DNA of 54,275 nucleotides from Gammaproteobacteria bacterium (GTDB lineage Bacteria; Pseudomonadota; Gammaproteobacteria; QZLD01), in NCBI GenBank assembly GCA_004796365.1, contig QZLE01000162.1, positions 1 through 54,275 of the forward strand, read 5' to 3'. Made by a program: the position numbers and the translations under genes. This document shows positions 49,860 through 54,275 of the stretch, piece after piece. Positions within the stretch are counted from its first letter, which is position 1. Each line of letters begins with the position of its first letter. The notes under the pieces were generated by a model, which worked only from the letters and a program-made list of their open reading frames with translations, did no database searches and had not been told where the DNA came from.

Positions 49860-51320
49860 ATGGAACAAAGAAATAATAGAGTACTAGCGGCTATACATGA
49901 CCCGGCTACAAGTACTGCAATAAATTCTAGTTTTAGCGGCAACAGCTTAGAAATAGTTAATAAAGCCGAACTTGAAGATATTCTTACCGCCTTTAACACC
50001 GAAAAATTCTCTGCGATTATTATTGAAGATTGTTTTCTTAAACGAAACGAGGTTCAAGCAGCAATCAAAGCTCATATAGCTACTAATGATCAAATTCCAA
50101 CTATTTTCGGAATATCTCCAGCAAATGAGCAAATAGAAGTAGAAATCGATAACAACTGCAGAATATTACAAACTTTTACTAATTGCATAGATAATAATTT
50201 CGCGCCGCTGTTGGAAAATGCTTCTGAACTTTACAATTTGAGAATAGAAAATAACCATATCAAAAAAGAGCGCAATGAAGCTCAGCAAAAACTAATTTTT
50301 TTGCAAACAAACAATGAAAGCCTAATTTCTGACAAAATTGATGAAATTGAAGCGGGAAAAATTGAGTTGGCACAGCAATGCATGCAAAAATCTGCTTATA
50401 TTGCCAGCAAGTCTCATGCCCTACGCAATATCCTGCATGGTATTTTAAGCTTTGCAACTATAGGTGAAATGAAGTGCGACTCTGCTGCTCCGGAAAAAAT
50501 GAAAGAGTTTTTCAGATACATTTCTGATAGCGGACACAAACTGGAACATATTCTTGAAGAACTAGTATACCTATCCAAACTTGAATGTGACCGTATTGAC
50601 CAAGAAATTGACGGGCACAATATTTATAAAGCAATCAAACAGTCAGTAGACAACCAGAATGATCTTATTAATGAAAAGAACGTTAAAATAGAAATCGAAA
50701 TGCTCCTGGAAAACCAGCGTATCGAATTCGATAAAGAGATGATCATCAGGCTATTTGACAATTTGATCAGCAATGCTGCGCTCTACTCCGATCCTGATAA
50801 GCTTATCAAGATTCAATTTGAAGAAAGCACAACCAGCGATAACCAGCCCGCACTTAAAATTCTGGTCAAGGATAATGGTAATGGTTTTCAAGTGCCGCTA
50901 GATAAGGTTTTTGAAAGATATAACATACCGGAAACCAGGGATAAAATGGCTCCTGATGCGGGACTAGGGCTTTCCATATGCCATGAAATTGTTACGAAGC
51001 ATAATGGTAGCATTGAAATTGCTGACACCGGCGCTGAAGGCAGCACCCTTGCAGTGACTCTACCTTATAAACAACCGAAAATTACTTCTGAGGACAAACC
51101 TGAAAACTCAGCGTTTGCAGCCGCCTTTGGCGATGAGTTAACCGACTTTTCAGACCAGATTGAAGCTGTATTGAATTCCGAAACTCCAAAACCACAGAGC
51201 CATGCTTCTATTATAGATAATAGGGAAATGACGAGTGATTCAAATGATGAGTCATCCGAAAAAGAGAAAGAAAAAGCTCAACCTGCAGAAGATCTTGGTT
51301 CAAATGTAGATTTGTTTTAA
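49860..51320 (+). CDS. Atypical cytoplasmic histidine kinase (degenerate REC-like N-terminus, HisKA, HATPase, acidic tail)
   Basis: SHALRNILHGI H-box, NLISNA N-box, DNGNG, AGLGLSICHEIV..HNG. Start ATG 49860 or TTG 49851. Confidence 0.8.
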   Translation: MEQRNNRVLAAIHDPATSTAINSSFSGNSLEIVNKAELEDILTAFNTEKFSAIIIEDCFLKRNEVQAAIKAHIATNDQIPTIFGISPANEQIEVEIDNNCRILQTFTNCIDNNFAPLLENASELYNLRIENNHIKKERNEAQQKLIFLQTNNESLISDKIDEIEAGKIELAQQCMQKSAYIASKSHALRNILHGILSFATIGEMKCDSAAPEKMKEFFRYISDSGHKLEHILEELVYLSKLECDRIDQEIDGHNIYKAIKQSVDNQNDLINEKNVKIEIEMLLENQRIEFDKEMIIRLFDNLISNAALYSDPDKLIKIQFEESTTSDNQPALKILVKDNGNGFQVPLDKVFERYNIPETRDKMAPDAGLGLSICHEIVTKHNGSIEIADTGAEGSTLAVTLPYKQPKITSEDKPENSAFAAAFGDELTDFSDQIEAVLNSETPKPQSHASIIDNREMTSDSNDESSEKEKEKAQPAEDLGSNVDLF

Positions 51321-52108
51321 TAATCCTCGCCATTTAATAGCTTAGAAAGACGGGAGATTAGTTCATCAATCTTATCGTAATCTGACTTTTTTAGTGATGG
51401 ATCAAAGCTCTCACTTGGATGCAGGCTTTCCATTAGTTCGCTAATTAACTCAAGTGCTTCAGCAAATGCTGACAAGTGCCCACCAGTTTCATCTGTGAAT
51501 TCAAGCATATTCAGCGACTGATTAATTGCAGACTCAGCGCCAACTCCATCATCATTTGCCAAAGCAAGCTTTGCATGTTGCAGCAAGTCACAAACGGTAT
51601 CATTATTTTGCTGAACTTTACTCTTTAGTGCATCAATCCTCTTTACAACTGAAAGGCTTTCAAGAATATGGCGCACCATAATTACGGCCTCAGCATTGAT
51701 CTGCAGCAACCTTTCTTTATCTTTTATAAGGTTTTGATTATGCAAAACAGCTCTAATTTTTTCCCTGAGCTCCTCTAGCCTGACAGGCTTAACTACATAG
51801 TCAGTAGCACCTGATTTATAAGCCTTGGTTATTGCTTCCCTGTCATCAAGTGCTGTAACAAATATAACCGGGATACGACATAAACCTGGATTCTGCCTCA
51901 TTAAGCAGCAGGTTTCATATCCACTCATTTCTGGCATCATTACATCTAAAAGAATAAGATCTGGTACCGATTCACGAATATTTTCCAGGCACTCTGTACC
52001 TGATCTGGAAACTGAAACTTTGAATCCATCGGACTTGAGCATTTTTTCCATGAAAATGATATTAGTGAGTTCGTCATCTACGACGTGAATGTGGTATCTA
52101 GCAACCAT
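51317..52108 (-). CDS. Response regulator with helical C-terminal domain of uncertain type
   Basis: VVDDE, PDLILLDVMMPEMSGY, IPVIFVTA, GATDYVVKP; no HTH or GGDEF output. Confidence 0.85.
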   Translation of the reverse strand: MVARYHIHVVDDELTNIIFMEKMLKSDGFKVSVSRSGTECLENIRESVPDLILLDVMMPEMSGYETCCLMRQNPGLCRIPVIFVTALDDREAITKAYKSGATDYVVKPVRLEELREKIRAVLHNQNLIKDKERLLQINAEAVIMVRHILESLSVVKRIDALKSKVQQNNDTVCDLLQHAKLALANDDGVGAESAINQSLNMLEFTDETGGHLSAFAEALELISELMESLHPSESFDPSLKKSDYDKIDELISRLSKLLNGEDY

Positions 52109-52155
52109 ATAAAATCCATTTTTGATCCAGTGTCATTACAAAATAGCATATTATT

Positions 52156-52926
52156 CTATTCAATCCAGCGAATCTCATTCGCTGTCAATTCCCCCACGAC
52201 AACCGTCTTCAGCCCCCTTGGCATTTTGGCCTTATCCTGGGTTAATGGAATTCTACCAGCCATTATCTCTGCATACCTCTGTGGCAATACGGGTGATCGT
52301 TGCGGCTCTGCATAGCCAATAGGGTATATAGGCTGCACCGTATTCATATCGTATTTATCACTTGCCCCAACTGTGTGTAGTAATTCATGAGCCAATACCA
52401 CATTATTCTTGGCGTTCATATCTTTACTGGCAAAACCATTTACCACCGCATAGAGTCCATTTTGTATTCCCAGAGAATCTGGGACCATCTCATTATCTTC
52501 CTTATCAAAATATTGTAAGAAAATTTTAATATCTGCTGGTTTATCATAACTATTATTGGAATAAATCCAGTATCGCATTTCCAGGCTCCACCAGATTGTA
52601 GAAAGTATTGATCCGTGCTCTGGTGGTTCCGGAGGAATGCTTTGTAATTCAGGCGCCAGAAATATCTTTACCGGCAAAGAAATCCCCAGATTGTATTTTT
52701 CTGCTTCCCGTTTAAAAAAATCTTCTACCGGGTCAAAGCGTTCTTCATCAAGGTTTTCAATAAATTTTTTACTTTCATTAGACCCATCACCATTTATAGG
52801 ATATACAACAACCCATAATGGGTCATTCCAGTCTGTTGTTCTTGCGCGATCAAGGTAAACCCCACCTGCAACCATGAGTAGGATAAATAAAAGGATAAAT
52901 ACTCTTAAGGCCTTAAATGGCGACAT
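52156..52926 (-). CDS. Membrane-anchored putative zinc metalloprotease
   Basis: N-terminal TM; VVLAHELLHTVGASDKY (HExxHxxGxxD) and downstream EIMAG Met-turn-like motif. Confidence 0.65.
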   Translation of the reverse strand: MSPFKALRVFILLFILLMVAGGVYLDRARTTDWNDPLWVVVYPINGDGSNESKKFIENLDEERFDPVEDFFKREAEKYNLGISLPVKIFLAPELQSIPPEPPEHGSILSTIWWSLEMRYWIYSNNSYDKPADIKIFLQYFDKEDNEMVPDSLGIQNGLYAVVNGFASKDMNAKNNVVLAHELLHTVGASDKYDMNTVQPIYPIGYAEPQRSPVLPQRYAEIMAGRIPLTQDKAKMPRGLKTVVVGELTANEIRWIE

Positions 52927-52935
52927 TTTATCTCC

Positions 52936-53763
52936 TTACCGGATAACAAAATCAAACTGATCCAGTTTATTCACCCTAATAATAGACTTGATTGATGCGA
53001 CATATTTCAACCCAATCGCAGAATATTTCTCCAAACCATTAGCAAGATCTGCCCCTAAAATCCGACCTGCCCCGTTTTGTCTAGCCTGTTCTCTAATATC
53101 ACGTAATAACTGATAATTACTATTAGAATTCAATTGTTTAATGTAGTACGACACCGAATCGGCTGGTGATGAAAATTTAGCAACCTCATGTATTGCATTT
53201 CCGCTACGACCATTAGGCACAAGCCCACACCCTTTGGAAAAACACCAGATACCGAAATAATTATTACCATCAACGGCAAATCTGGATGTTCCCCAGGCAG
53301 TTTCATTAGCAGCCTGTGCCAATGCAAGTGAAGCCGGAACTACATCCACCCTTTTTAATAGCTCATTTACTAGATCAATATCATTTCCATTAACTTGGGG
53401 ACAGCGATAAACTCCAGCTAATGTTTGAATATATTGCTTCTCTTTTGGCGATAACTCACCAGCTTTTGCCTTATTATGAATTTGAATAATATTCAACCTG
53501 ACCTGTAACACTTGGTCATTTGCTTGCTCAATAAACGGAGCTAGATATTCAAAAAACGCCTGTTTCTTGCGACCTACATCTTCTATCTGAGAAAAGTCTG
53601 GTCTAACCGTGACGGTTACAATCGGTGCAATATCCCAGCCCGGCATAGGCTTAAACTGAACAAAACCAGTATAAGTACCTCTAAAAATAATCAATGAACT
53701 AAGAAATGCCCAAATAACCAGAAGGAAGACAAATCTACCGCTGAAAACAATATTAAAAATCAC
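52936..53763 (-). CDS. bax: Bax-like glucosaminidase-domain (GH73) protein
   Basis: KKQAFF..L.P.I...N, RVDVVPASLALAQAANETAWGTSRFAVDGNNYFG.WCF..GCG, LNS...Y..LR, GLEKYS..G..Y. Confidence 0.85.
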   Translation of the reverse strand: MIFNIVFSGRFVFLLVIWAFLSSLIIFRGTYTGFVQFKPMPGWDIAPIVTVTVRPDFSQIEDVGRKKQAFFEYLAPFIEQANDQVLQVRLNIIQIHNKAKAGELSPKEKQYIQTLAGVYRCPQVNGNDIDLVNELLKRVDVVPASLALAQAANETAWGTSRFAVDGNNYFGIWCFSKGCGLVPNGRSGNAIHEVAKFSSPADSVSYYIKQLNSNSNYQLLRDIREQARQNGAGRILGADLANGLEKYSAIGLKYVASIKSIIRVNKLDQFDFVIR

Positions 53764-54246
53764 AACAAACGCCTTTAACTCAATAACACTTTCCGAAAAC
53801 CCAAAATTCTAAATGTATTCTAATAATACCAAAATTCGATTCAAAGATTTGCTGAAAATTTGGTTTTAATGATAAAAAAATAACTTAAACAAACTGAAAA
53901 ATGTGCAATTTTTGTCAAAAAGTGTAAGTGAATACCTAGTAGTTTAATCAATAAATACACTGAAACCAGGTTTAAAAAACAAACTCTCTTTATTTGCAAT
54001 GCACAATCAAATATATCTCGTAACCTTTTACTGTAAAAACCATTTTTTTCAGCTTTTGGGATGGCTAACTTTTACTGGCATAAACGCAATCAGACTAACA
54101 TAAGTATCTAATTATCTGACAAATCCTAAGAAATGGGGATTCAAACTGGCCTTTAGAAAATCACTTACGTATAATCGGCGGTCGGACTGCATTTTGTGTA
54201 GTCAAAATAGACAAAATATTTCATTAACAACATCTCGGAGACCGCC

Positions 54247-54275
54247 ATGGCAGAACAAAAAACTGCAATTATTGA
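54247..54275 (+). CDS. Start of an unidentified CDS running off the window
   Basis: GGAG RBS then ATG GCA GAA CAA AAA ACT GCA ATT ATT; too short to assign. Confidence 0.5.

Noticed and set aside
54247-54275. Terminal ORF as citrate synthase gltA
   Set aside because: Nine codons are insufficient for any assignment.

Overview
AT-rich bacterial chromosomal segment. The core genes (dnaQ-rnhA-yafS, gloB, hrpA, long-type purB, bax-like glucosaminidase, tRNA-Arg) point to a gammaproteobacterium; this is an inference. Five accessory blocks are embedded. (1) A ~13 kb signalling cluster separating the normally adjacent yafS and gloB: three paralogous membrane PAS kinases, an orphan periplasmic ligand-binding protein, a single-domain receiver, a REC-kinase and a REC-DUF3369-HD-GYP phosphodiesterase. 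(2) A 1870-aa Ser/Thr kinase-AAA-GAF-PAS-His kinase, a lone butyrate kinase and a porin/small periplasmic protein pair. (3) Two tandem giant secreted S8 proteases, each with Ig-like repeats and three modules resembling the polyester-binding domain of extracellular PHB depolymerases; this is the most interesting observation. (4) A sigma54/PAS-regulated orange-protein (ORP)-like operon next to a hemerythrin. (5) A convergent pair of an atypical His kinase and a REC protein with a CheZ-like tail. A phasin-like gene, a REP doublet, several terminators and candidate regulator sites are also visible. No CRISPR array, integrase or transposase was seen. All family calls come from motif recognition by eye, not database searches.
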